Part shown: positions 40,101 through 52,792 of the stretch, in pieces
Layout: each line of letters opens with the position of its first letter
Numbering within the stretch: the first letter of the stretch is position 1
Source: an uncultured Chitinophaga sp.
GTDB taxonomy: Bacteria > Bacteroidota > Bacteroidia > Chitinophagales > Chitinophagaceae
Length of the DNA stretch: 64,000 nt
NCBI GenBank assembly: GCA_964508655.1
Contig: CAZDUO010000005.1
Span: 34,650-98,649 of the forward strand
Direction of reading: 5' to 3'
Position numbers and translations under genes: made by a program
The notes under the pieces: model-generated
The model's database searches: none
What the model saw: only the letters and a program-made list of their open reading frames with translations
What the model was told of the DNA's origin: nothing

Positions 40101-41651
40101 ATGAGTATAAAGCTTTTTTTTGTTGTAGGTCTTGTACTGGTAAACACCGGAATTGTAAAAGCTCAAATAGACAGCAGCCGGTTTCCCCGACTTACCACAT
40201 TCACGACACAACAGGACCATGATAATATGAAACAGCAATTGGGCATTACCAAACTAAGACCGGGCTTCAGTGGAAATGAAACAGCGCCTAATCATGCCAA
40301 CTATGATGAATCGCTTGCAAATCCCTGTCCGCAATTACCCGATGCACTTACGTTAAAGAGCGGAAAAAAAGTAACCGATGCCGATACATGGTGGAAACAA
40401 CGCCGCCCTGAATTAGTGGAAGAGTTTGAAAGGGAAGTATATGGACGTTTGCCAAAAAAAATTCCGAAAGTAACATGGGCAGTAAAGGTTACTGACCGTG
40501 AATTTGTAAACCGTGTTCCGGTAATTGTAAAAATGCTGTCAGGTCATGTTGATAACAGCGAATATCCCTTAATCAATGTTGATATTAATATGATGCTGGT
40601 GGTGCCAACCAATGTAAAAGGCCCCGTTCCGGTATTAATGATGTTCAGCGGCCGTCCTTCTTTTCCTGCACCGGCACAGCCTTCACCGGAGGAGCTGGAA
40701 AAAATAAATACAGCGTATAAAGAACTGATGATAAAAACTGACCCGGGTCTCAAAACGATATTTGAAAAATACCCGGCCTATCAACCCATCACACGAATAC
40801 CAGCGCCTGATTTTTTTGCACCACCCAAACCTGATGAAGAACTCACACCGCAGGAAAGATTATTAGCTGCCGGTTGGGGTTATGTGCAAATTGAAACAGG
40901 CAGCATACAAGCCGATAATGGTGCAGGACTTACAAGAGGCATTATTGGATTATGTAATAAAGGACAACCCCGTAAACCTGATGATTGGGGAACTTTACGG
41001 GCATGGGCATGGGGTGCAGCAAGAGGATTGGATTATTTAGAAACCGATACATTGGTTGATGCAAAGAAAGTGGGTATCGAAGGTGTGTCCCGTTATGGAA
41101 AAGCAGCCTTGGTCACATTGGCATTTGAACCACGCTTTGCTGTTGGATTAATAGGTTCATCGGGTAAAGGCGGCGTTACACTGCATCGTCGATTCTTTGG
41201 AGAGGCAGTAGAAAATCTTGCAGGTGGCGGAGAATATCACTGGATGGCGGGTAATTATTTAAAGTATGCAACGGAAGAAGGTTCATCAGGAAAAAAGACC
41301 GGTTGTGATTTACCGGTTGATTCACATGAGTTGCTTGCATTATGTGCGCCACGACTGGTATTTGTGAGTTATGGCATTCCGGAAAAAGGTGATGCAAAAT
41401 GGCTTGACCAGGCTGGTAGTTATATGGCCACTGTTGCTGCCGGTTCTGTTTTTAAATTATTAGGTGTAAAAGACCTTGGCGTTTCCAATGATTATATGAA
41501 AGAAAAAATGCCGCCGGCGCTTACAGGTTTGCTGGATGGAGAATTAGCCTGGCGGCAGCATGATGGCGGACATACGGATGCGCCGAATTTCAAATTCTTT
41601 ATCCCCTGGGCAAATAAGTTTTTAAAGTATGAAAGAAAAGCAGCACAATAA
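40101..41651 (+). CDS. CE15-like glucuronoyl esterase (alpha/beta hydrolase)
   Basis: 516 aa with a signal peptide. The G-x-S-R-x-G-K nucleophile block (GVSRYGKAAL) and a C-terminal HDGGH histidine block are as in bacterial CE15 enzymes. The call comes from motif memory and the xylan context only. Confidence 0.6.
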   Translation: MSIKLFFVVGLVLVNTGIVKAQIDSSRFPRLTTFTTQQDHDNMKQQLGITKLRPGFSGNETAPNHANYDESLANPCPQLPDALTLKSGKKVTDADTWWKQRRPELVEEFEREVYGRLPKKIPKVTWAVKVTDREFVNRVPVIVKMLSGHVDNSEYPLINVDINMMLVVPTNVKGPVPVLMMFSGRPSFPAPAQPSPEELEKINTAYKELMIKTDPGLKTIFEKYPAYQPITRIPAPDFFAPPKPDEELTPQERLLAAGWGYVQIETGSIQADNGAGLTRGIIGLCNKGQPRKPDDWGTLRAWAWGAARGLDYLETDTLVDAKKVGIEGVSRYGKAALVTLAFEPRFAVGLIGSSGKGGVTLHRRFFGEAVENLAGGGEYHWMAGNYLKYATEEGSSGKKTGCDLPVDSHELLALCAPRLVFVSYGIPEKGDAKWLDQAGSYMATVAAGSVFKLLGVKDLGVSNDYMKEKMPPALTGLLDGELAWRQHDGGHTDAPNFKFFIPWANKFLKYERKAAQ

Positions 41652-41688
41652 ATCAAAATAATTATTTAACCTAAAAGCAGATAAAAAA

Positions 41689-43236
41689 ATGCAACCAATA
41701 AATTGGAACTCCCTGCTTCTTGCAACGGTAATATTTTTCAGCCAAACCCTGTTTGCCCAAAACAAAATTATTCTTGACCTCTCAAAGGCAAAAGACACCA
41801 TCAACCGGAATATCTATGGCCATTTTGCCGAACATCTTGGCCATTGTATTTATGATGGTATTTATACAACGGGAAAAAATATTCCCAATAAAAACGGCAT
41901 CCGGCTGGATATTGTTGATGCGCTTAAAAAACTGAAAACCCCCGTGCTGCGCTGGCCCGGTGGTTGTTTTGCTGATACCTATCACTGGAAAGATGCCATA
42001 GGCCCCAAAGAAAAACGTAAACAAATATCCAACACTTCATGGGGCAATGTAAGAGAAGACAACAGCTTCGGCACCCATGAATTTCTCGACTTCTGTGAAA
42101 TGATTGGCGCTGAACCTTACCTCGCTGTCAATATGGGCGGCGGTACCGTGCAGGAAGCAGTGGACTGGGTGCAATATGTTAATCATGCCAATGGCAGCAG
42201 CTATTTAACGGATATGCGAATGCAAAATGGAAGGGTCAATCCGTGGAAAGTAAAATACTGGGGCGTTGGAAACGAATCATGGGATTGCGGCGGGAATATG
42301 ACGGCGGATTATTATGTAAATGAATACCGGAAGTACGCAACCATGATGACAAGCTACAGCAATACGGAAGGATTATTTCGTATAGCTGTTGGGCCCGGTA
42401 CCGAAGATTATGCGTGGACCGAAACTGTAATGAAGCAAATTCCCGCCCGGCGCATTGAAGGTGTTTCCATCCATCATTATTCTGTTATTAACTGGAGCAA
42501 AAAGGGTTCGGCTACTCAATTTTCCGAAGATGAATATTTCCGGACCATGGAGCAGGCATGGCGAATGGAACGGATGGTGCGAAAGAACAAAGAGGTAATG
42601 GATAAATACGACCCGCAAAAAAGAGTGGCGCTGATTGTAGACGAGTGGGGCGGCTGGTACGATGTGGAGCCCGGTACCAATGGCGCCTTCCTGTACCAGC
42701 AAAATACCATGCGGGATGCCATGATTGCCGGTTTAACTCTGAATATCTTTAATAATCACTGCGACCGGGTGCGGATGGCCAACCTGGCCCAAATGGTAAA
42801 TGTATTGCAGGCTGTTATTCTTACCAAAGAAGAAAAACTCGTACTCACACCCACTTATCATGTAATGGAAATGTATAATGTACACCAGGATGCCCAAATG
42901 ATTCCGCTGGCGATGACAAGCAATGATTATGTAATGGGGGATAAAAAAATACAGGCGGTCTCTGCTTCTGCTTCAAAAGATAAAAGCGGCGTAACGCATA
43001 TTTCTCTGGTAAATATAGATGCCAATAAAGAGCAGGAAGTACTGGTAGATTTGGGAAGCCTCAGTGCGAAAACTATTACAGGCCGTATCCTTCAGTCGGC
43101 AAAACTGCAGGACCACAACACATTTGATAATCCCCAAAAAATAAAACCGGCCGTATTTACCGGCGCCACACTCAATGGGAGCCATCTTTCAGTTAAGATT
43201 CCGCCTTTTTCAGTTGTGGTGCTGGCGCTTAAATGA
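41689..43236 (+). CDS. GH51 alpha-L-arabinofuranosidase
   Basis: 515 aa with a signal peptide. Motifs seen: NRNIYGHFAEHLGHCIYDGIY, LRWPGGCFADTYHWKDAIGP, YWGVGNESWDCGG (acid/base Glu), IVDEWG (nucleophile Glu). Confidence 0.88.
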   Translation: MQPINWNSLLLATVIFFSQTLFAQNKIILDLSKAKDTINRNIYGHFAEHLGHCIYDGIYTTGKNIPNKNGIRLDIVDALKKLKTPVLRWPGGCFADTYHWKDAIGPKEKRKQISNTSWGNVREDNSFGTHEFLDFCEMIGAEPYLAVNMGGGTVQEAVDWVQYVNHANGSSYLTDMRMQNGRVNPWKVKYWGVGNESWDCGGNMTADYYVNEYRKYATMMTSYSNTEGLFRIAVGPGTEDYAWTETVMKQIPARRIEGVSIHHYSVINWSKKGSATQFSEDEYFRTMEQAWRMERMVRKNKEVMDKYDPQKRVALIVDEWGGWYDVEPGTNGAFLYQQNTMRDAMIAGLTLNIFNNHCDRVRMANLAQMVNVLQAVILTKEEKLVLTPTYHVMEMYNVHQDAQMIPLAMTSNDYVMGDKKIQAVSASASKDKSGVTHISLVNIDANKEQEVLVDLGSLSAKTITGRILQSAKLQDHNTFDNPQKIKPAVFTGATLNGSHLSVKIPPFSVVVLALK

Positions 43237-43300
43237 TACGTAAAAATCAAAAGGAATAAGAATTACATAAATCATGTATTTAAAAAATAAATCATCAACA

Positions 43301-46490
<3,190 letters not shown>

Positions 46491-46560
46491 CACTGACCAG
46501 TAATAAAAAATTATTTGTGTAATACGTCAATACTGATTTTTATTCAAACATTCTAGTTAA

Positions 46561-48810
46561 ATGAAAATATCAGTTAAAATTATGGGAGCTGTAATCATGC
46601 TCTTGTTTTTTCTTAATGGAACTGTCAGAAAGTTTATGCCGGATAATGACCATAATACTTGGTCGCACTATGGCGGCAGCCCGGATCAGTCAAAGTATTT
46701 TAATGCTTCAGAAATCACTAAGGAAAATGTGAACCGGGTGCAGGTAGCCTGGTATTATCCTACCATGGATTCTTCCTTTAATTTTTTCAGCCCCATCATT
46801 GTAGATACCATCATGTATGTTATGGCAAATAATTCTTCCCTCGTCGCCATCCATGCACAAACAGGCAAAGAAATCTGGATTCATGCCAACCTGCAGGGAT
46901 TAACCCGCCGGGGTATTAATTATTGGGAAAGCAAAGACAGGAAAGACAGGCGTTTGTTGTTTACACTCAACAATACCTTACAGGCCATTGATGCGTTGAC
47001 AGGAAAATCAATAATGACCTTTGGTAAAAACGGATATGTAGATATGAGAGAAGGTCTTGACCGGCCTGTTTCCACTATCCGGCGTATGCAGTCCATGATG
47101 CCCGGGGTTATATTTGAAGATTTGATTATAATGGGTTCTGCTCCGGGTGAAGCATATTTTTCTCCGCCGGGTCATATCAGAGCTTACAATGTAGTAACCG
47201 GTAAAAAAGTCTGGACATTTCATACCGTTCCCCACCCGGGTGAATACGGATATAATACGTGGCCAAAAGATGCGTACAAATATGTTGGCGGAACGAATGT
47301 ATGGAGTGAAATTTCCGTTGATACAAAAAGAGGTATTGCGTATTTGCCTCTCGGCTCACCCACTTTCGATTTTTATGGCGCTGACCGTATCGGAGCAAAT
47401 CTCTTTGGCAATTGTCTGGTTGCCCTTAATGCAAGAACAGGCAAGCGTATCTGGCATTTTCAAACCATACACCATGATCTCTGGGATTATGATCTGGCTT
47501 CGGCGCCGCAATTAATTACAGTAAACCGCAATGGTAAGTCTATTGATGCCGTAGCTATTGCCACCAAACACGGCTTTATGTTTGTATTCGATCGTGTTAC
47601 CGGCAAACCGGTATTCCCGATTGTAGAAAAACCGTTTCCGGCCAGCAACATGCCAGGCGAGAAAGCATGGCCTACCCAACCCATTCCTTCACTACCCAGT
47701 TTTACCAGGCATGAAGTGACAAAAGACATGATCAACCCGTATTACTCAGAAGAAGAAAAGAAAAAATGGCATAAACGAATTGATTCTGCCAAATCAGGTT
47801 TATTTGTTCCTCCATCAGATAAATATGAAACAATTATGCTGCCCGGCGCATTGGGTGGTGTAAACTTTGGCAATACGGCTTCTGACCCCGCCAAAGGAAT
47901 GATGTATATTTTAACGCAGGAGTATCCTTCCATTTATAAACTGGAAAGAATAAAAACTCCCAGGGAATTAATGTCGTCAGATGATAAACAAAAAGCTCAG
48001 ACACTATATGCTACTTCCTGCAAATCCTGCCACGGAGATAATATGACTGGCCGGGGTATTGCGCCTTCGGTAATTAATGCGGGGCAGCGCATAACTTTAG
48101 ATGACTTTAAAACCCTGATAACTGTTGGACGTGGTCAAATGCCCGGCCTTATTCATGCAGATGATCAAAAAATAAATGCATTGTATCGTTACCTGGGAGG
48201 TACTATTTCAAGATTTCCTTCTGGCGGGCAGCAAAGAAGAACTGAAACCAAAATGCCCGATGGCCCTGTTGTTGCATCAGGCGGCGCACCGGTTAAACCG
48301 GATACCAAAATTATTCCGCCCATGTCAGATTATCCTACCGGGGTAGTGCGGCCCAAAAACCGTTATACAACAGATTATGGTACCGCATGGCCCGATCTGT
48401 TGGGACCTACCTGGGCATGGGTAATGGCATATGATCTGAATACCGGAACTGTCAAATGGAAACAACCTTTGGGCGAAGATACCAAAGCATCCATGGCCGG
48501 CGATAAAACGGCCGGCGCAGTAAACGGTTCGCAAAGGAAAGGGATTGTTGTTACCTCCACCGGGGTATTGTTTTGCAATGGCAAAGGCGGTAAACTATAT
48601 GCTTATGATGCAGACAACGGAACCCTTTTATGGGAAACAACATTAAGCTATGAATCGAATACACAACCGGTGATGTATGAATTGAACGGCAAACAATACC
48701 TGGTGGTGAATGCCACCAATAATTTTACAAAGGATAGTTATGATCATTCCAAAGACCCGGGAGCTTTACCAAGAGCCTATGTAGTGTATGCGCTTCCGGG
48801 CAGCAAGTAA
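46561..48810 (+). CDS. PQQ-dependent (glucose-dehydrogenase-family) beta-propeller dehydrogenase with an internal mono-haem cytochrome c module
   Basis: 749 aa with an N-terminal hydrophobic signal/anchor. PQQ-GDH-type motifs: WSHYGGSPDQSKY, NVNRVQVAW, LVALNARTGKRIWHFQTIHHDLWDYDL, FMFVFDRVTGKP, AWPTQPIP. Around residues 480-560 there are a CKSCHG (CxxCH) motif and a downstream GQMPG (axial Met candidate). Further propeller blades follow (VMAYDLNTGTVKWK, LYAYDADNGTLLWE). Confidence 0.8.
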   Translation: MKISVKIMGAVIMLLFFLNGTVRKFMPDNDHNTWSHYGGSPDQSKYFNASEITKENVNRVQVAWYYPTMDSSFNFFSPIIVDTIMYVMANNSSLVAIHAQTGKEIWIHANLQGLTRRGINYWESKDRKDRRLLFTLNNTLQAIDALTGKSIMTFGKNGYVDMREGLDRPVSTIRRMQSMMPGVIFEDLIIMGSAPGEAYFSPPGHIRAYNVVTGKKVWTFHTVPHPGEYGYNTWPKDAYKYVGGTNVWSEISVDTKRGIAYLPLGSPTFDFYGADRIGANLFGNCLVALNARTGKRIWHFQTIHHDLWDYDLASAPQLITVNRNGKSIDAVAIATKHGFMFVFDRVTGKPVFPIVEKPFPASNMPGEKAWPTQPIPSLPSFTRHEVTKDMINPYYSEEEKKKWHKRIDSAKSGLFVPPSDKYETIMLPGALGGVNFGNTASDPAKGMMYILTQEYPSIYKLERIKTPRELMSSDDKQKAQTLYATSCKSCHGDNMTGRGIAPSVINAGQRITLDDFKTLITVGRGQMPGLIHADDQKINALYRYLGGTISRFPSGGQQRRTETKMPDGPVVASGGAPVKPDTKIIPPMSDYPTGVVRPKNRYTTDYGTAWPDLLGPTWAWVMAYDLNTGTVKWKQPLGEDTKASMAGDKTAGAVNGSQRKGIVVTSTGVLFCNGKGGKLYAYDADNGTLLWETTLSYESNTQPVMYELNGKQYLVVNATNNFTKDSYDHSKDPGALPRAYVVYALPGSK

Positions 48811-48878
48811 AATAACTATTATCAACACATCGGGATATGTGTACAGGTAATTTATATAGTTAACCAAAACTCAAAATC

Positions 48879-50093
48879 ATGAACAGCTTGCTTGTTACAT
48901 TGGCAGTTAGCATCAGCCTATCTGCATCATCCCAAACCCTCAGCAAACGTGTAATACATAATGACCCTTCCAAATACAGGGAACTGCCAGCCGTACATGC
49001 AGGCGCGGGTAAAATGGGATTTACACAATTGATTGGCAGAACAGAGCTATCCACCAATTTTCTTTACCTGCACGCAGGTTCTATCCAGCCCAAATCGGGT
49101 ATCGGGCAGCATTTTCACCATACTATTGAAGAAATGTTTGTTATACTGGATGGCGAAGCGGAGTTTACTATCAATGGGCGTACATCTAAAATAAAAGCCC
49201 CGGCGCTGGTTCCTTGTAAAATGGGTAACTCTCATGGAATCTATAATCCGGGAAACACACCCATTCGCTGGATGAATTTTGCAGTCAGTACAACCAAAGG
49301 CCGCGGTGATGCATTCGACTTGGGTGATAACCGTGTGGGGGCAGCATTGGATCCAATTCCGCAATTTGTTTCCGGCCAATTGAAAAAAGATTTACTGAAG
49401 ACGAATAACAATATCTATCCGGGCAATGGTATTTTATACCGCCGCATTTTTGGCCCCGATGTATTTTCTACCAATTGGGATCATGTGGTCCATGTAATAA
49501 TACCAGCAGGCAGTACCACCGGGCCAAGATTACTTGAAGGAATTGAAGAGGTGTATTACGTAATAAAAGGCTCAGGCATTATAACGGCTGGTTCAGAAAC
49601 TGCAGCCATAACAGCTGATGATTCTTTCTACGGATTGCTGGGGGAACAATTCAACCTCGCTAATAACGGAAAGGAAGATCTTGAATTACTGGTGATTGGT
49701 ATTGCCGCTTCAAAGCGGCAAAAAAATCCTGATAACCTTAAACCACTTGCCAATCCAAAAGCCATTCTGCTGCAGATGGATTTTGTAGTGCCAAAAGAAA
49801 ACAGCGAGGCATTCGAAAAAATGTACCACTCCATTTATGTACCTGCTATGACTGTACAGAAAGGATATGTGGGGTCAAAATTATTGCGCATTTTCCCGGA
49901 GAATATCAGCAAAGAAATACAGGCTGAACCAACAACCTATAACTATTCAATTCAAATTTCTTTTGCCACGGAAGAAGACCGGAGAAAATGGGTGGCCAGC
50001 CCGCAACACCAGATTGCATGGCCTGCAGCAGCAGGGCTGGTTAAAGAATACAAGTGGAGAGGCTTTGATGTAATGGGTGATGATAATCAGTAA
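48879..50093 (+). CDS. secreted bicupin protein with C-terminal ABM/Dabb-like (ferredoxin-fold) domain
   Basis: 404 aa with a signal peptide (MNSLLVTLAVSISLSASSQ). Cupin 1 has a metal motif: GIGQHFHHTIEEMFVILDGEAEF...GNSHGIYN. Cupin 2 (EGIEEVYYVIKGSG) lacks the His cluster. The C-terminal ~100 aa (LLQMDFVVPKENSEAFEKMYHSIYVPAMTVQKGYVGSKLLRIF...SIQISFATEEDRRKWVASPQH) look like an antibiotic-biosynthesis-monooxygenase fold. Confidence 0.55.
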   Translation: MNSLLVTLAVSISLSASSQTLSKRVIHNDPSKYRELPAVHAGAGKMGFTQLIGRTELSTNFLYLHAGSIQPKSGIGQHFHHTIEEMFVILDGEAEFTINGRTSKIKAPALVPCKMGNSHGIYNPGNTPIRWMNFAVSTTKGRGDAFDLGDNRVGAALDPIPQFVSGQLKKDLLKTNNNIYPGNGILYRRIFGPDVFSTNWDHVVHVIIPAGSTTGPRLLEGIEEVYYVIKGSGIITAGSETAAITADDSFYGLLGEQFNLANNGKEDLELLVIGIAASKRQKNPDNLKPLANPKAILLQMDFVVPKENSEAFEKMYHSIYVPAMTVQKGYVGSKLLRIFPENISKEIQAEPTTYNYSIQISFATEEDRRKWVASPQHQIAWPAAAGLVKEYKWRGFDVMGDDNQ

Positions 50094-50148
50094 TAAGCCA
50101 TTTACGGAAAATAGCAAGAACATAAACAAAAAACGGCCGGTATTCACA

Positions 50149-51804
50149 ATGCGAATTAAAACTTACTTAGCAGCTGCGTTGATAATTTATATCAACATGT
50201 TTTCCGTCACAGCACAAGACATTCCGCCAACAACATCATTGGTGTATCCCGGTGTTGATGGCAGGCTGGTGTATGTGGCGGATAGTTTGGGAAACAGGAT
50301 TCCAGATTTTTCCAATGCAGGATATAAAGGCGGAGGCGTTGCCATTCCGTATGTACCCGTTAAAGCAATCATTTGGCCGGTGGCAGGAGACAATGCAGAT
50401 AAAGTACAAAAAGCGATAGACAGTGTGTCTGCTCTTACTCCGGATATGTATGGCTTCAGGGGCGCTGTATTATTGAAGATGGGGTTTTACCAGTTAGACA
50501 AACCTCTATATATAAAAACTTCGGGTGTGGTGCTTCGTGGCGAAGGCATGAGCGATATTGGTACTATACTATTTGGAAAAACACCTAAACAACAACCGGC
50601 GCCGGGGCCCGGTCGTGGCGGAAGACCGGCATTGATAAACATCACCGGCGACTCCGGTATCGTAGTGCAGGAAGAAACAAAACAACTGATTACCGATAAC
50701 TATGTGCCGGTTGGCGCTAACAGTTTCAATGTAGTATCTGCCAAAACTTTTAAAAAAGGAGATAAGATTTTAGTTCGCCGCAATGGCAATGAAGACTGGA
50801 TAAAAGAAATTGGTGAAGACAGCGCTACTGTGGGAAGAAACAGGTGGCGGCCTTTTGTAATAACTTATGACAGAATAATTACAGACATAAAAGGGAATAC
50901 CATAACCGTCGATGGCCCCATTTTCACAGCAATCGAAACCCGCTGGGGAGGAGGCGATATTTTAAAATACAATGATAAACGCATAGAGCAGGTAGGAATT
51001 GAAAACCTGCGTGGCGTATCCGAGTATGACCCTGCTGTTCGTACAAAGGCATATGGTAATATGGACCGTCCTTCGATTGATGACCCGGTAACCCGGTATG
51101 AAGGGGAAGAATATTTTTCCGACGAAAATCATTATGGCAATTTTATCAACTTTAGTAATGCAAAAAATGCATGGGTAAGGAATATGACAGCCCTTCATTT
51201 TGCCAATAGCGTAGTGCAGGCCAATGCGGGTACCAAATGGATTACCGTTCAGGATTGTGAATCAAAAGAACCGGTTTCAGTAAGAGCAGGCGGCAGAAGG
51301 TTTACTTTTCAAATGAACGGACAGTTTTGCCTGGTACAAAGATGCCTCTCGCAAAAGGGAAGACATTCATTTGTGCTGCAAGGTTCTGAAGCAAGCGGCA
51401 ATGTTTTTTATGATTGTAAAGCTGTCAATCCTTATTCTACCAGTGAGCCACATAACCGCTGGGTGAACGGAGTACTTTATGATAATGTGAAAGCGCCGCT
51501 TACTGCAAGGTTCTGGAAAGATTTTATCATCGGCTGGGCGGGAGCCAATATTGTATTCTGGAATTGCGAAGGGGATTTTCGCATTCAACAGCCTCCTACT
51601 GCGCAAAACTATTCTTTTGGCCATATAGGAGTAGCCGGAATTATTTTTAATACAACATTGCAGGATTATGTAAAACCAAGAGGCTATATCGAATCCCTGG
51701 ATAAACATGTTGCACCCGGAAGTCTATACTTAACACAATTAAAAGAACGACTGGGGGAAAATGCAATAAAGAATATAGCAAAAGGCGCAGGAGGAATAGA
51801 ATAA
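50149..51804 (+). CDS. secreted protein of unknown family, probable right-handed beta-helix (pectin-lyase fold)
   Basis: I place the start at MRIKTYLAAALIIYINMFSVTAQD (ATG at 50149). The N-terminal region DFSNAGYKGGGVAIPYVPVKAIIWP..GDNADKVQKAIDSVS resembles the entry segment of pectate-lyase-superfamily / GH28-related proteins. Later repetitive segments are Asn/Gly-rich (NFINFSNAKNAWVRNM, ANIVFWNCEG). The family was not identified. Confidence 0.35.
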   Translation: MRIKTYLAAALIIYINMFSVTAQDIPPTTSLVYPGVDGRLVYVADSLGNRIPDFSNAGYKGGGVAIPYVPVKAIIWPVAGDNADKVQKAIDSVSALTPDMYGFRGAVLLKMGFYQLDKPLYIKTSGVVLRGEGMSDIGTILFGKTPKQQPAPGPGRGGRPALINITGDSGIVVQEETKQLITDNYVPVGANSFNVVSAKTFKKGDKILVRRNGNEDWIKEIGEDSATVGRNRWRPFVITYDRIITDIKGNTITVDGPIFTAIETRWGGGDILKYNDKRIEQVGIENLRGVSEYDPAVRTKAYGNMDRPSIDDPVTRYEGEEYFSDENHYGNFINFSNAKNAWVRNMTALHFANSVVQANAGTKWITVQDCESKEPVSVRAGGRRFTFQMNGQFCLVQRCLSQKGRHSFVLQGSEASGNVFYDCKAVNPYSTSEPHNRWVNGVLYDNVKAPLTARFWKDFIIGWAGANIVFWNCEGDFRIQQPPTAQNYSFGHIGVAGIIFNTTLQDYVKPRGYIESLDKHVAPGSLYLTQLKERLGENAIKNIAKGAGGIE

Positions 51805-51843
51805 CTTAATAAAAACTGTCAATCTTTTAAAACCGGTTATTAT

Positions 51844-52767
51844 ATGAAATTAAAAACTGCTGTTCTGTGTTTACTGTCATGCACTGTCCTTTTTATTAAT
51901 TCTGTTGCACAAACTATTTCAAAAGAAGAACTCATCTTTCTTACTTCGGCATGGAAGGGAGAAAGATTTGCAGACGGAAGGCCCAGGATTTCAGACAGCC
52001 TGCTGCAAAGGGCAAAACATATCATGATTGATGATGCATGGACAGTGCTGAAAAATGAAGGCTACCTGAACCAGTTTGAAGGCGGATGGAAAACAGTGAA
52101 TGATACCCCGATGACTGGCCGTGCATTGACGGCCATGTATATGCCCAGTCGCCCCGATGTGGAAAAGAATATTAAAGAAAGAGGATCCCAACAGGGAAGA
52201 AAAGGCAATACCAATTCATGGCCGATAGATATACTCACCAAAGGTGATTTGTATGTAGCTGATGCATTTGGAAAAATCAGCGGCGGCCCTATCATGGGTG
52301 CTACATTAGCCAATTCCATATTTAGTAAATCGGGCAATGGTGTTGTCTTTGATGGCGCTGCCAGAGATTTACAGGAAATAAAAAACATTAAAGGCTTCAA
52401 TGCTTTTGTACGGGACTTTCATCCATCCTTTACCGAAGAAATGGTATTGATGGGGCTTAATACTCCAATTCGTATAGGCAATGTAATGGTGCTTCCCGGC
52501 GATTTGGTTATTGCCACAAGAGAAGGGGTACTTTTTGTGCCGGCACACATGGCAGAGCAGGTGGTGAGCACAGCGGAGTTTGTGATACGCAAAGACCAGT
52601 TTGGTTTTGAAATGGTTCGCAGCGGTAAATACAGCACAGGCGAAATTGACAGCCAATGGGGCGATGAAATAAAAACTGAATTTTTAAAATGGCTGGAGAA
52701 ACATCCGGAGTTGGGAAAGATGACCCGTGCGGAACTGGATAAGATGATGAGTAAAAGAACCTGGTAG
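51844..52767 (+). CDS. RraA / HMG-CHA aldolase family protein carrying a signal peptide
   Basis: 307 aa with a signal peptide (MKLKTAVLCLLSCTVLFINSVAQT). The core GDLYVADAFGKISGGPIMGATLANSIFSKSGNGVVFDGAARDLQEIKNIKGFNAFVRDFHPS ... VMVLPGDLVIATREGVLFVP matches the RraA-family pattern (G.v.V.D...A..G...a......G..G.V.dG..RD). Confidence 0.6.
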   Translation: MKLKTAVLCLLSCTVLFINSVAQTISKEELIFLTSAWKGERFADGRPRISDSLLQRAKHIMIDDAWTVLKNEGYLNQFEGGWKTVNDTPMTGRALTAMYMPSRPDVEKNIKERGSQQGRKGNTNSWPIDILTKGDLYVADAFGKISGGPIMGATLANSIFSKSGNGVVFDGAARDLQEIKNIKGFNAFVRDFHPSFTEEMVLMGLNTPIRIGNVMVLPGDLVIATREGVLFVPAHMAEQVVSTAEFVIRKDQFGFEMVRSGKYSTGEIDSQWGDEIKTEFLKWLEKHPELGKMTRAELDKMMSKRTW

Positions 52768-52792
52768 GTAACTTAATTTTTAAAAAATAAAT

